This document shows positions 49,021 to 59,323 of a DNA stretch of 64,000 bases, in pieces; the first letter of the stretch is position 1; the number at the start of each line of letters is the position of its first letter. Source of the DNA: Euryarchaeota archaeon UBA170 (GTDB lineage Archaea > Thermoplasmatota > Poseidoniia > Poseidoniales > Thalassarchaeaceae); contig DALF01000019.1 of the NCBI GenBank assembly GCA_002499345.1, positions 11,021 through 75,020 on the forward strand. The letters run 5' to 3'. Under the pieces are notes generated by a model. The model was not told the DNA's origin, did not search any database, and saw nothing but the letters and a program-made list of their open reading frames with translations. A program made the position numbers and the translations under genes.

Positions 49021-50967
49021 ATGATAACGGTCGAAGTTGGCAATGGTGATGTTCACGAGTATGCCAGTGGAATTCCTGCTGGAGAGGTTATTACAAACGT
49101 CCATGGGAGAAAATCTGGTGCTGTGGCCGCTCTTGTAGATGGGATAGAGAGGGACATGTCCTATGAGCTGGATTCTAATTGCTCCGTTGTTCCAATTACT
49201 GGAGACTCTCCAGAAGGACTCTACATTCTGAAGCATTCCTGTGCGCATCTACTAGCTCAGGCAGTTACCGAGATGTTCCCTGATGCCAAACCAACTATTG
49301 GACCTCCGATCGATCATGGATTCTACTATGATTTCTATATGGAGCCTATTTCTGAAGATGATCTCAAAAAGATTGAGAAGAGGATGAAAGAACTTGTAAA
49401 GAGTAATCTGCCTATTTCTAGAGAGGAGTACGATAACGAAGATCTCCGTTCAATTTTCAGTGATAATAAGTTCAAACTAGAGATAATGGATGACAAGATA
49501 GGTCATGATGTTGGTTCCTCTGCATACAGGCAAGGAGATTTCATAGATCTGTGCAGAGGACCGCATGTACCCAGCACTTCGCACCTTAGATGGTTCAAAC
49601 TGACAAGTACTAGCCAGGCATATTGGAGGGCCGATAGTAAGAGAGAGTCCCTCACTCGAATATATGGGATGTGCTATCCGGACAAGTCTGGCCTACAAGA
49701 GAGGATGAAGCAACTCGAGGAGGCGGCTAAGAGGGACCACAAGAAGATTGGCAAGGAGATGGAACTCTACATGACCAACGAGATGATTGGCAAGGGTCTT
49801 CCCGTCTGGTTGCCAAATGGTGAAACTCTGAAAGGAGAGATTGAGAAGTTCGCAGTAGAAACTGAGGAGACTTACGGATACTTACGTGTGACAACCCCCG
49901 TTCTTGGAAAGAAGGAGCTTTTCGAAACCAGTGGTCATCTTCCACACTACGCAGAGGGAATGTACCCCCCTATGGAAATGGATGACGGAGAATATTACAT
50001 GAAGGCAATGAATTGTCCTTTCCACCATCTGGTCTATGGGAACAAAAGAAGATCTTACCGAGAATTACCTATGAGGATAGCTGAATATGGGACTGTATAC
50101 AGGAATGAGCTGTCTGGAACCTTGGCTGGCCTACTAAGAGTCAGGATGCTTACGATGAACGATGCCCATATTTACTGTACACTTGGACAAGTGGCCTCGG
50201 AAGTTGCTGACAATATCAGAATGGTTCAGGATTACTACTCTGCGTTTGGATTCGATGATTACTACTTCCGATTGTCGTTATGGGATCCTGAGAATGTGGA
50301 TAAATACATTGACCAACCTGAGAATTGGGAAGCCACACAGGATCATCTCAGAGGCATTCTAGATGACCTCGGGGTAGAGTATGTGGAGGCGGTCGGGGAA
50401 GCTGCTTTCTACGGGCCGAAAATAGATATTCAGTTTAGGACCCTTCTTGGTCGAGAAGAATCTATGTCAACAATCCAGCTAGACTTCGCGGCCAAGGAGA
50501 GATTTGAGCTGACCTACACTGACGAGACTGGCCAAGAGAATGGTGAAGTGTTCGTAATTCATAGGGCCCCACTTTCCACGCATGAGAGATTTGTTGCATT
50601 CCTAACGGAGCATTGGGCGGGTAACTTCCCCACATGGCTTTCACCCGTTCAAGTTCAAATCATTACCATATCTGAGAAGCATAAGATTCATGCCGCGACT
50701 GTAGCTAACAAGTTACAGGAATCTGGGGTGCGGGTGAAAGTTGATGACTCTGACAATACGGTGGGAAAGAAAATTAGGACTCACAGAAAAATGAGGCCTG
50801 CATATATGATAATTATTGGTGATGATGAGACAGAAAACGGTACTGTGTCTATTAGGTCCAGGGGTGGAGAACAACTGAAAGGTGTTCCGATGGAAGAGTT
50901 TGTAGCTGGAATTCTTACTGAGATTACGACACGGGATAGGAATCTTTCTCTTATCCCATCGGAGTGA
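49021..50967 (+). CDS. thrS: Threonyl-tRNA synthetase (with N-terminal TGS and editing-like domains).
   Basis: Class II motifs (FRLSLWDPE, YGPKIDIQF...), zinc-site region, anticodon-binding C-terminus; 648 aa. Confidence 0.95.
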   Translation: MITVEVGNGDVHEYASGIPAGEVITNVHGRKSGAVAALVDGIERDMSYELDSNCSVVPITGDSPEGLYILKHSCAHLLAQAVTEMFPDAKPTIGPPIDHGFYYDFYMEPISEDDLKKIEKRMKELVKSNLPISREEYDNEDLRSIFSDNKFKLEIMDDKIGHDVGSSAYRQGDFIDLCRGPHVPSTSHLRWFKLTSTSQAYWRADSKRESLTRIYGMCYPDKSGLQERMKQLEEAAKRDHKKIGKEMELYMTNEMIGKGLPVWLPNGETLKGEIEKFAVETEETYGYLRVTTPVLGKKELFETSGHLPHYAEGMYPPMEMDDGEYYMKAMNCPFHHLVYGNKRRSYRELPMRIAEYGTVYRNELSGTLAGLLRVRMLTMNDAHIYCTLGQVASEVADNIRMVQDYYSAFGFDDYYFRLSLWDPENVDKYIDQPENWEATQDHLRGILDDLGVEYVEAVGEAAFYGPKIDIQFRTLLGREESMSTIQLDFAAKERFELTYTDETGQENGEVFVIHRAPLSTHERFVAFLTEHWAGNFPTWLSPVQVQIITISEKHKIHAATVANKLQESGVRVKVDDSDNTVGKKIRTHRKMRPAYMIIIGDDETENGTVSIRSRGGEQLKGVPMEEFVAGILTEITTRDRNLSLIPSE

Positions 50968-50972
50968 TCTAG

Positions 50973-52310
50973 TTGAGTTCGAAAAACGGCAATCGCTCGC
51001 CGATGACTGTATTATTCCTAGTTGTCCTAGTGGACATGCTAGGATTCACTATTGTCATCCCTTTCCTGACTTTTTTCGTTCAAGATCTGGCTTCTGGACA
51101 AGGGATTACCGATGTCGGCAGTAGAGACTTCTGGGTAGGAGTGGTGATTGCAGTATACTCACTTGCTCAATTTCTTTTCACACCTATTCTAGGGTCACTA
51201 AGCGATAGGATTGGCAGGAGACCTGTAATCATGTTCGGTCTCGTATCTAACTCAGTCTTCTTCATCGTTTTTGGACTTTCAAACAGTCTTGAAATGGCCA
51301 TAATTGCTAGGTTCTTATCTGGTGCTGGTAACGGAAATATTGCAGTTGCCCGAGCATATATCGGAGATATCAGCACTTCTGATATGATTCCTAGGAGGAT
51401 GGGTATGTTGGGAGCGGCATTTGGACTTGGTTTCATGATTGGTCCATTCATAGGCGGGATTCTTTCCGACCCTGCAACTAGCATAGGGGGAGTTTTTGAT
51501 TCCAATTTCTGGAAGGAGTACGAGTACCTGCTGCCTTGTCTTTTCTCGAGTCTTCTTTCGCTGGTCTCTCTGGGCCTTGCATACTTCTGGCTAGAAGAGA
51601 GTATGGATCTGAAGGAAGAGTCAGAAGTCCGCGAGAGTTCATTGAAGAAGCTAGCCAATACATTCTCCAATATCATAAGGGTCCTAAAGATACCCGTTAT
51701 TTCTACACTAGTGCTGATTAACTTCCTATTCCTGATGGCATTCAGTATGATGCATGGAACGTTCATCCTATTCACTGCTATGTCTGTCGACAGTGGAGGG
51801 CTTGGATGGAGTGAGTTGGAAAATGGCTGGATATTTGCTTTCATAGGGCTCCTTGGAGTGATAGTTCAAGGAGGCCTGATAGGTCCACTTAGTGATAGGT
51901 TTGGCATGCGTAGGCTGATGATCATAGGTACAATACTATGTGGATTAGGTATTGCTAGCTTACCCTATGTGCCATCAGAAGCTTCCTGGCTAATTCTTGG
52001 CTCATCAGCTGGACTAGCTATAGGAAATGGACTATTTTCCCCCACCCAGTCTTCACTTCTAACTTTCGAAGCTCAGAATGGGGGTCATGAATTAGGAATG
52101 GTTATGGGCGCACAAGAGGGATATGGTGCACTGGCCAGAATTATTGGTCCACTTCTAGCGGCGTACCTATGGTCGGTTACCGTCGAAGGCACTGGAATTT
52201 GGTCATTTCACACATGCTTCAGAGTCGCCGGGGTGATATTCATGTTAGCAGTAGTACTGCAGTTAACTCTAAGCCTAAAAGAGAGACCTGCTGAAGTTAT
52301 CAATGAATGA
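50973..52310 (+). CDS. Major facilitator superfamily transporter.
   Basis: 12 predicted TM helices, GSLSDRIGRRPV (MFS motif A) between TM2 and TM3. Confidence 0.8.
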   Translation: MSSKNGNRSPMTVLFLVVLVDMLGFTIVIPFLTFFVQDLASGQGITDVGSRDFWVGVVIAVYSLAQFLFTPILGSLSDRIGRRPVIMFGLVSNSVFFIVFGLSNSLEMAIIARFLSGAGNGNIAVARAYIGDISTSDMIPRRMGMLGAAFGLGFMIGPFIGGILSDPATSIGGVFDSNFWKEYEYLLPCLFSSLLSLVSLGLAYFWLEESMDLKEESEVRESSLKKLANTFSNIIRVLKIPVISTLVLINFLFLMAFSMMHGTFILFTAMSVDSGGLGWSELENGWIFAFIGLLGVIVQGGLIGPLSDRFGMRRLMIIGTILCGLGIASLPYVPSEASWLILGSSAGLAIGNGLFSPTQSSLLTFEAQNGGHELGMVMGAQEGYGALARIIGPLLAAYLWSVTVEGTGIWSFHTCFRVAGVIFMLAVVLQLTLSLKERPAEVINE

Positions 52311-52328
52311 ATGTTAGATTTTACCCAA

Positions 52329-52688
52329 CTATATCCAGACGTCGTTAGATGAGGTCAGGTCATTGGTTACATTGCCCGTATTAACTACCCCTCTAGGCTC
52401 CACTAGCATAACTTTGCACTCTTCGAGAGAGTATGGCTTGTGATCTACCCCCTTTGGAACCACATACATCTCTCCCTCATTGAGATGCACAGTTTCACTC
52501 TCCATCTCGATGAACATGGATCCCTGAAGAACGATGAAGGCCTCGTCCGTATCAGTATGATTATGCCAAACGAATTCCCCCTCTATCTTGACTAATTTAA
52601 ACTGATAGTCATTCATTTCGGCAATAACCTTCGGAGACCAGAGGTCCGAGAACTCTGATAGCTTCTCAGTGAAATTGACCTTCGTCAT
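52329..52688 (-). CDS. Cupin-domain protein.
   Basis: HNHTDTDEAFIVLQG...VPKGVDHKP: two-His cupin motifs; 119 aa. Confidence 0.65.
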   Translation of the reverse strand: MTKVNFTEKLSEFSDLWSPKVIAEMNDYQFKLVKIEGEFVWHNHTDTDEAFIVLQGSMFIEMESETVHLNEGEMYVVPKGVDHKPYSLEECKVMLVEPRGVVNTGNVTNDLTSSNDVWI

Positions 52689-53563
52689 AACAGACCAGCT
52701 CCCGTATCATAGCAGAAGGGACAGTACTCCTCAACAGAGTACATGTCGGATTCTAGGTCTTCGGGGGAAAGCGGCTCCCTGCACTTGAAACACATCTCAT
52801 GATCTGCCTCCTGAAGATTCTTATCGAGCGCTACGCGTTGATCAAACACAAAGCAGTCGCCATTCCAATGAGAACCTCCTGTTTCTCTGAAGTACCCTAG
52901 TACCCCACCTTTGATTTGATAAACCTCTTCCCAGCCTTGGTTCTCCATTACTATGCTTGCTTTCTCACATCTGATACCACCAGTACAGAACATCACTACT
53001 GGAGTCGATTTATCGTATTCAAGACTCTTTGCCGCGGCAGGGAAATCTCTGAATGACTTGATATCAAGATCCACAGAATTATTGAAAGTCCCAACTCTGA
53101 GCTCGTAGTCATTTCTGGTGTCGAGAACAACTACCTCTCTACCATCATCGAGCCATGTCTTGAATTCAAGGGGTTCGATATACTTGCCTTCATGTTCAGC
53201 GGGTCTGATCTCATCGGCTCCCAACGAAATTATCTCCTTCTTTAGTCGAACTAGCATTCTACGGAATGGTTGATACTCCGAGTATGAAGTATGTACAGGA
53301 ATTCCCTGTAGCCTATGATCTTCTTCCAAGAAAGTGATGTATTCATCAATCGATTCCTGGGTACCGGCGAGAAAGAAGTTGATTCCGTTGTGACTAAGAA
53401 GAATCGTTCCCTTTAGTCCCAGAGAATAGCACTTCTCTCTGAATGGTTCCCTCAAGGAGTTCCTATCTGGGAGATCTACAAACCTATATCCTGCTATATT
53501 CACGTACATATTATCACTCAGGGGATATCTGAAAGCCATTTCTTCATGGTGCATGACTGGCAC
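52685..53563 (-). CDS. Rhodanese-domain protein of the TrhO/YceA (UPF0176) family (tRNA U34 hydroxylase-like).
   Basis: Rhodanese active-site loop FCTGGIRCEKAS, C-terminal Cys cluster (CFKCREP...CPFC), N-terminal YRFVDL pattern. The track ORF overlaps the upstream gene by 46 nt; the true start may be a downstream Met. Confidence 0.65.
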   Translation of the reverse strand: MPVMHHEEMAFRYPLSDNMYVNIAGYRFVDLPDRNSLREPFREKCYSLGLKGTILLSHNGINFFLAGTQESIDEYITFLEEDHRLQGIPVHTSYSEYQPFRRMLVRLKKEIISLGADEIRPAEHEGKYIEPLEFKTWLDDGREVVVLDTRNDYELRVGTFNNSVDLDIKSFRDFPAAAKSLEYDKSTPVVMFCTGGIRCEKASIVMENQGWEEVYQIKGGVLGYFRETGGSHWNGDCFVFDQRVALDKNLQEADHEMCFKCREPLSPEDLESDMYSVEEYCPFCYDTGAGLL

Positions 53564-54582
53564 ACGGGCCTAGAAGTTGCCTCACCGCATAGTGAGCAAC
53601 TTCCAATTTTGCTGTTGGGGTCTGGATGCACCACTCTATGAATCTCCCTGATTTGATCCAGAGAGTGTAGAAGACCATGTCTAGCTCCGGGGGTTAGTGA
53701 CTCTAGTTGAGCTACTATTGCTCTACTCTGCTGTCTTTGGGCCCCCGATGCGTGGGGACAGTCCCCGTGATGGATGGGGAGGGAGTTGAACAGAGCAAAT
53801 GCATGAATCTCCTGCTCTGGTATCCATCTCAGTGGAACTATCCTTGGTACCATTCCCTCGATTGGGGAGGCTGTGTGTGGAGCCAGTCTGACTGATCTCT
53901 CTATCTCCCCCTTCTGGAGATTCATCAAAATAGACTGGGCCATATCATCCAAATTATGGCCGAGTGCCATTACATCAGCCCCTACCTTTTCTGCTAGAGA
54001 ATTTAGACTCTGTCTCCTGAAAACGCCACAAAACGAGCACGGCATCATTCCACTGGCCTCATCATGAAGGTCTCCCATTCCAGGAATCTTGGATACGACC
54101 TTATCCATTCTATCGTATCCCAAATCCTCATAGCTTAATGTTACAAATTCAACCCCTAGATCACCTGAAAGATTCCTCGCACATTCTAGAGAAGGGGACC
54201 TGTATCCATCGATCCCCTCGTCAACACATCCAGCTACGATCTTAATGTCTCTTCTGCTTCCAATAATATCCTTGATCATTGTCAACAAGACTGCTGAGTC
54301 CTTTCCCCCAGAAACAGCGACGAGCACTACATACGGACTCCCATCATCCTTTCTTGCGTCCTTCGGGAGGCTGAGTTGCCTTCTTAGCTCACGAGAGGTC
54401 CTCCTTCTAACAGAATCCGATAGGTGTCTCCCACAAAGATGCTGTCCACTGTAGGGTTGATGCACAATGGAGGGTAGCTTGCATCGGCTACACTTGGTAA
54501 CAGATATGGCTCCGTCCACGACTCTTCCCGGAAGGGGTTTGACTTGAACCCAATGCGTACTAGATTTGGAAATCGAGGGCAT
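53518..54582 (-). CDS. PP-loop ATP pyrophosphatase of the TtuA/NcsA/TtcA family (tRNA 2-thiolation), with N- and C-terminal zinc-finger Cys pairs.
   Basis: PP-loop VSGGKDSAVLL; N-terminal CSRC...C..H and C-terminal CSLCGE...CQSC. Confidence 0.7.
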   Translation of the reverse strand: MPSISKSSTHWVQVKPLPGRVVDGAISVTKCSRCKLPSIVHQPYSGQHLCGRHLSDSVRRRTSRELRRQLSLPKDARKDDGSPYVVLVAVSGGKDSAVLLTMIKDIIGSRRDIKIVAGCVDEGIDGYRSPSLECARNLSGDLGVEFVTLSYEDLGYDRMDKVVSKIPGMGDLHDEASGMMPCSFCGVFRRQSLNSLAEKVGADVMALGHNLDDMAQSILMNLQKGEIERSVRLAPHTASPIEGMVPRIVPLRWIPEQEIHAFALFNSLPIHHGDCPHASGAQRQQSRAIVAQLESLTPGARHGLLHSLDQIREIHRVVHPDPNSKIGSCSLCGEATSRPVCQSCTMKKWLSDIP

Positions 54583-54866
54583 TTTTGATAATGGTAGTTG
54601 CTTTCAAAGATACAATGCAGGGAGGCGGGACCTTACTAGGACGAGGATTTACAGTGGGAAAACGGTATTCTTCATGGCCTGAGAGAATCGTTGTTCTCAC
54701 GGTATTTTGTTCCGCTTTACTTTTCTTCGGAGAGATTGACTCGGTGATTGTATCGGCCATTGGGGCAGACTCAGATTTTCTCACAGCGATATTTCTAATC
54801 ATCCTGATTCCAATTGTATCTGATTTAATTTTTAGAACTATCAGCCTGTTACTAGGAATCAGATGA

Positions 54867-56078
54867 TTAATTCTCAGTTGATCTAAACTTGATGAAAGCG
54901 GTTTCCACCATCCCTGTGACCCTCTGCCAAGGAAGGATGAATCTCATTCCAGCCACAACTATCAGGAACAATCCTGCAGAGATTACCTTTCCGTAGGTAA
55001 GTTGTAGCTCCAGGGACTCTTGCACCTGTCCCGCCCATTGCCCGCCAGAAATAGCACTCACTGTAGAAATTAGAAAGTCATCGAATTCAAGAGCTATTGC
55101 TGTTGTAAGAGCTACTAGGGCCATGACGCCAATTAGATGAGCGATATGCCCATTTACAACATTGTTGAACTGTCGGACGTATTCCGGATCTCTTCTTGCA
55201 TCTCCTGGAAGCATAGAAGCGTACTCCATATTCGATATGACGGCAGATCCTGATTCAAGATACACCAAAAGTAGAATTGCGACTTCCATCAAACTCAGAG
55301 ATAATGGAGACACCAGCCCTCCGAGTAAGGTTGCCTCTCCAATCTGAGCTGGAAGTGGCGAGAGCCCGAGGTCAACCGATTCGGTAATGCCTTCGAATGT
55401 CAAGATTGCATGTATTCCAATCACAGTCAGGTAATATCCGGCGGTCCATGTTAGAAGTTTCCTAGACAGGCCCCAAATTCCCATTAGTCCAGAAAGTACT
55501 GGTGCGAATACTATGCCTAGGAATACCAACTCAATGATGAAAAGTATCGGCTCCCACAGATTATCTAAGTGATTCAGCTCGTCAGTTGGCCCCCAAGGTA
55601 AGTGAAGTCCGAAGTTTGAGATAGCCATCAACCAAGAAACAACAAATGGAAGTAGTCCCCACGCCAACATCCCCCCAAGGATTATTCTCTTGATGTTCTT
55701 ACGGATATTTTCCTTAGCTGTAAGCGTGTAAATCCAGATTGATGTGACTATCATACAAAGAATAAGGGGAGCGACTAGTGACATGTTTCCTGTTTGATCT
55801 AGCCCATATACTACATCTGGAAGAACGAGTGAACCAGTTTGTTCCTGGAACCAAATTAGTCCCCTAGTATGCTCATATGAAGGACACCAATAGTTAGAGC
55901 CTTCATAGGACTCAACGAAAGTATCGGAGCACGTACCATATAGTTTGATCATTCTATTCATCAGTGCTAGCAGGGCGGTAGTTGAGATTAATTGTAGGAA
56001 GATAATTTTCCACCTTCTCCTGAGGCTTGAAATCTCTAGAGAAAAATTCTCTGAAACCTTTTTCTCTACCATATTCAT
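54867..56078 (-). CDS. Hypothetical polytopic membrane protein (about 8-10 TM), last gene of the Cdc48-PRC-DUF58 cluster.
   Basis: Extensive hydrophobic helices; 5-bp spacing from the DUF58 gene. Confidence 0.45.
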   Translation of the reverse strand: MNMVEKKVSENFSLEISSLRRRWKIIFLQLISTTALLALMNRMIKLYGTCSDTFVESYEGSNYWCPSYEHTRGLIWFQEQTGSLVLPDVVYGLDQTGNMSLVAPLILCMIVTSIWIYTLTAKENIRKNIKRIILGGMLAWGLLPFVVSWLMAISNFGLHLPWGPTDELNHLDNLWEPILFIIELVFLGIVFAPVLSGLMGIWGLSRKLLTWTAGYYLTVIGIHAILTFEGITESVDLGLSPLPAQIGEATLLGGLVSPLSLSLMEVAILLLVYLESGSAVISNMEYASMLPGDARRDPEYVRQFNNVVNGHIAHLIGVMALVALTTAIALEFDDFLISTVSAISGGQWAGQVQESLELQLTYGKVISAGLFLIVVAGMRFILPWQRVTGMVETAFIKFRSTEN

Positions 56079-56083
56079 CCATC

Positions 56084-57346
56084 CTAACTCAAATTAATCT
56101 GCAACAGTGCCTGTGAGAGCTCAACATCGGGAGTCCAATCGATGACCTTGGCTCCATAACCAGCTATGGCAGTCAGTCTATTCTGTCTCTCAAGTTTCAG
56201 AACTTCGTAAGACATCCTGGGAATCCTACTAACCAGCCTCTCTAAGTCTATGCTACTGGGAGATAGTACGATCACTTCGTGTCCCTTACCTGAGAGACTT
56301 CTGATTGCTGGTAGTGTTGTACCATCTCCCTCGAGACTACTGATGATGAAAACTGGGGAACCCCTGCTAATTCTGGGAGAGAGTGCGTTAGTGACTGCTT
56401 GTAGGGGCATGGAGCCTTTTGGTTGAACCGATGCTAGGCCACTGAGGATCTTGAAGTATTGCTTATCTCCCGTTTCAGGCGGGAGGTAGTCCATTCTCGA
56501 ACCATAAGTTACGAGGGCTACTGAGTCCCTTCTCTTCAGAAAATAATTAGAAACAGAAGCCGCGGCAACAGTGCCCATTTCGAGAGGGTTCTTTAGTACG
56601 GTACCTATTCTGGAAACATCTCTAGTATCGACAATGACGAAAACGTCGGTAACTGCATCCCTAGTCTTCTCGTTGACCATCATCTCTCCGGTTCTCGCTA
56701 AAGCCTTCCAGTTAATCGAACGGAAAGAGTCGCCGGGAAGATACTCCCTGAGTGCATAGAATTCCATTCCAGGCCCGGGAGTCTTCAAAGTAGTAGCTCC
56801 TGAGTACATCTTTGGAACGTCGGATCTCAGTAGTGCCTCTTCAATATCTCTAATTTGAGGGAAGACTGTTATGTCTGACCTATCGTTAACTTTGGTCTCA
56901 CTCACGAAGAGGTTGAAGGCATTCCGATATCTTACAGATACTGGCCCTACGGTGTAGTGGCCCCTGAGTGGACAGCGGACAACATACTTCATCGTAGTCG
57001 ACTGTCCTGGTCCGAGATTCATCCTCATTTGATTGATTCCTTTACGCATCTTCATTTCATGGGGAACGTTATCGAAAATCTCCAATTGCTGAGTTCTACG
57101 ATATGAGTTATTTGTTATTGTGAGTGAGATGACAATATCATCGCCCTTGTAGACATTTGTCGCCGAGGTCTCCCTAGTGATGGTAAGGTCGGAGTGTCCA
57201 GCAACCCAGCCGTTAATCGCCAGCATCGAAATGAACGAGAGTCCGATTATCATCAATTGAAAATTGGATATCATCATACCGATTAGAATCAAACTGATTC
57301 CACTGGTCAGCATTATTGCAGCTTTCCTAGTCCACATATTATGCAC
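56084..57346 (-). CDS. DUF58-domain protein (vWA-like; the family that usually partners MoxR AAA+ ATPases) with an N-terminal TM hairpin.
   Basis: Signature MEFYALREYLPGDSFRSINWKALAR (DUF58 core E-[FY]..[LV]R.Y..GD..R.I.WK..AR); two N-terminal TM helices. Confidence 0.75.
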   Translation of the reverse strand: MHNMWTRKAAIMLTSGISLILIGMMISNFQLMIIGLSFISMLAINGWVAGHSDLTITRETSATNVYKGDDIVISLTITNNSYRRTQQLEIFDNVPHEMKMRKGINQMRMNLGPGQSTTMKYVVRCPLRGHYTVGPVSVRYRNAFNLFVSETKVNDRSDITVFPQIRDIEEALLRSDVPKMYSGATTLKTPGPGMEFYALREYLPGDSFRSINWKALARTGEMMVNEKTRDAVTDVFVIVDTRDVSRIGTVLKNPLEMGTVAAASVSNYFLKRRDSVALVTYGSRMDYLPPETGDKQYFKILSGLASVQPKGSMPLQAVTNALSPRISRGSPVFIISSLEGDGTTLPAIRSLSGKGHEVIVLSPSSIDLERLVSRIPRMSYEVLKLERQNRLTAIAGYGAKVIDWTPDVELSQALLQINLS

Positions 57347-59012
57347 CCCCTTCAGTATCGGTAGTTCCCCAGTCTTTTATTCTCTTCACAATTCCTACTA
57401 GTTCGTCAGCTTTGTATCTTCTATCATTAAAGATGAACTCTGTTAGAACCTTATCATCAACCATCCTTTGAAGTTCGGCTGCTGGTAGAGCGTCGAACTC
57501 CTCCCTTGACATGGCATTTACATTTCTGATTCTAGTGAGGAGGACCTGTCTTATCTTCTCGGGCCTCTGATAATACTCATACCTTCTTGCATCGCCGAAT
57601 CCATAGTAGATTATCCTGAAGACATGCCTCCATTCATCTGGATCTTCTTTCCTGATTAGGACTGCTTCAAGAGAGATGAAAAGTCCTAGGAATAGTATTA
57701 GCATGGCCATCCAGTCATTTGTGAAATAGATTAGGAGATAGTAGAGTAGATTGTATGTATCTCCTCCGATATTTGATTGCTGATGCCTGCTCTCATCAAA
57801 TATGACTATCGCGTTTTCTGTGGCTAGAGTACTCGAATTACCGATTAAGAGAGCCTCTGCAATGATATCAAGAGCCCATTTACGATTATCATTACTTGGG
57901 ACTAGCCCAGAGTAATCTGAGTCGAAATCCGGATCATAAAGAGAATTAATCAACAGAGAACCGTCAGAGACAAAGTGAACCCTTCCTGAATCTGAATCTA
58001 TACATAGACGATTGGAGCAATACCTCACATAAACTGCGAAAGGTCCCTGTTCGTCATCTTCAATTCCTGCCGCTGCAAATCCGACAGTCAAATTACCGTC
58101 ATCATTTGTATCCAGATAAGAATCTAAAGTTGATCTGCCAATTGCATATCTATTCTCAACGGGGTTATATGAGCTGTCTTTCTCAAATGCTGATGGCCCG
58201 TTTGTGAGTATATTGTAACTCTCAGAGAAGTCCCAGTTCGAAGTAGTTGAATCGAATCTGTGGGAACAAAGTCCAGCATCGCCGAGTGAGATTCCAGATG
58301 TGGTAATGTCTGAGTTGAGAGGTTCGATATCAAGTAGGTCAATTACCCCGTCACGATCTGAGTCCTTTATGCAAGGGTTAACAGAAGAAAGTGAGCCAGA
58401 ATTGGTGGTGAAGTTATACGCAGAGGTAGTATTAATCCACACATAATTGTAGTCTAGCTCATGCGCATAAGCTTGACCGTCATACAGCCTATGGCCTGAA
58501 TAGTCGAGTCCGAATTGGCTGGCCAATTGGGCAGAGTATCCAAAATCATCCATGAGGATAACAGTACCCCCTCTCAGTACGAAATTCTCAATAGCTAAAA
58601 TCTCAGAATTAGTGTATCCATCACTTTCTGTGAGTTCGATAACACTCTCATCTCCCGTAAATCTAGGTAGTGAAATAGTATCCCTCTCAACTCCTGAAAC
58701 TACGAACACAGCCTCCTCAGGATGATCTATCTCACTGAGTAATAGCGGGCTAGATACCAGTGCATTTGTCTCGATTCCCATGTCATTAATATCTGATCTA
58801 AACGAGCCCAAATCATTCCAATCGTCACCATATGCTGATTGCTGAGTTTGCCCGTCCACTAGGTAAGTCTGGAGGATTTCTGCAGCTAGAACCCCTATCA
58901 AAATCCAGAACGCCGCTATCGATGCGCCTCTCCTAAATTTAGGAGATGACAGTCTTCTGAATGTTGTATTAAGGTCTGCCACGCCTATACCTCCATCTAT
59001 AGGAACAGCCAT
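57339..59012 (-). CDS. Hypothetical bitopic membrane protein: N-terminal TM, ~400-aa extracytoplasmic domain (possibly DUF4350/GldG-like, with an Asp-rich Ca-binding-like DSDRDGVIDLLD motif), C-terminal TM and a cytoplasmic tail.
   Basis: Topology from hydrophobic segments (IAAFWILIGVLAA; MLILFLGLFISLEAVLI); VLRGGTVILMDDFGY resembles the DUF4350/ABC-aux beta-strand motif (tentative). Confidence 0.4.
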   Translation of the reverse strand: MAVPIDGGIGVADLNTTFRRLSSPKFRRGASIAAFWILIGVLAAEILQTYLVDGQTQQSAYGDDWNDLGSFRSDINDMGIETNALVSSPLLLSEIDHPEEAVFVVSGVERDTISLPRFTGDESVIELTESDGYTNSEILAIENFVLRGGTVILMDDFGYSAQLASQFGLDYSGHRLYDGQAYAHELDYNYVWINTTSAYNFTTNSGSLSSVNPCIKDSDRDGVIDLLDIEPLNSDITTSGISLGDAGLCSHRFDSTTSNWDFSESYNILTNGPSAFEKDSSYNPVENRYAIGRSTLDSYLDTNDDGNLTVGFAAAGIEDDEQGPFAVYVRYCSNRLCIDSDSGRVHFVSDGSLLINSLYDPDFDSDYSGLVPSNDNRKWALDIIAEALLIGNSSTLATENAIVIFDESRHQQSNIGGDTYNLLYYLLIYFTNDWMAMLILFLGLFISLEAVLIRKEDPDEWRHVFRIIYYGFGDARRYEYYQRPEKIRQVLLTRIRNVNAMSREEFDALPAAELQRMVDDKVLTEFIFNDRRYKADELVGIVKRIKDWGTTDTEGGA

Positions 59013-59071
59013 CGAGCCTTAACTTCGTATTAATACCGTTGTGGGGCCATGGACACTCACGCATCAGGAGT

Positions 59072-59314
59072 TCAGCGGGACAGTTGTATCACAGAGCCTA
59101 TGTTTGCTACCTCTGAAACAGGCACGGACAATAGCCCATTCGATGTTGGCCACGGGAGGAACTTCGGATCTATTCCATGGTCTATTACCACTAGAAGTGC
59201 TACAATAGAGCCAGTATCCATATCTACGCTGAAGTCTGCCATCGTCCCGAGTTTATCGCTTGAAGCGTCCACTACATCTCTTCCGAGGAGCTCCCTGCCG
59301 AATGTTGTTGGCAC
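59072..59314 (-). CDS. PRC-barrel domain protein (80 aa).
   Basis: GRELLGRDVVDASSDKLGTMADFSVDMDTGSIVALLV fits the PRC-barrel pattern (G..V.D..G..iG.v.D...D...g.i). Confidence 0.5.
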   Translation of the reverse strand: MPTTFGRELLGRDVVDASSDKLGTMADFSVDMDTGSIVALLVVIDHGIDPKFLPWPTSNGLLSVPVSEVANIGSVIQLSR

Positions 59315-59323
59315 TTATCCACC

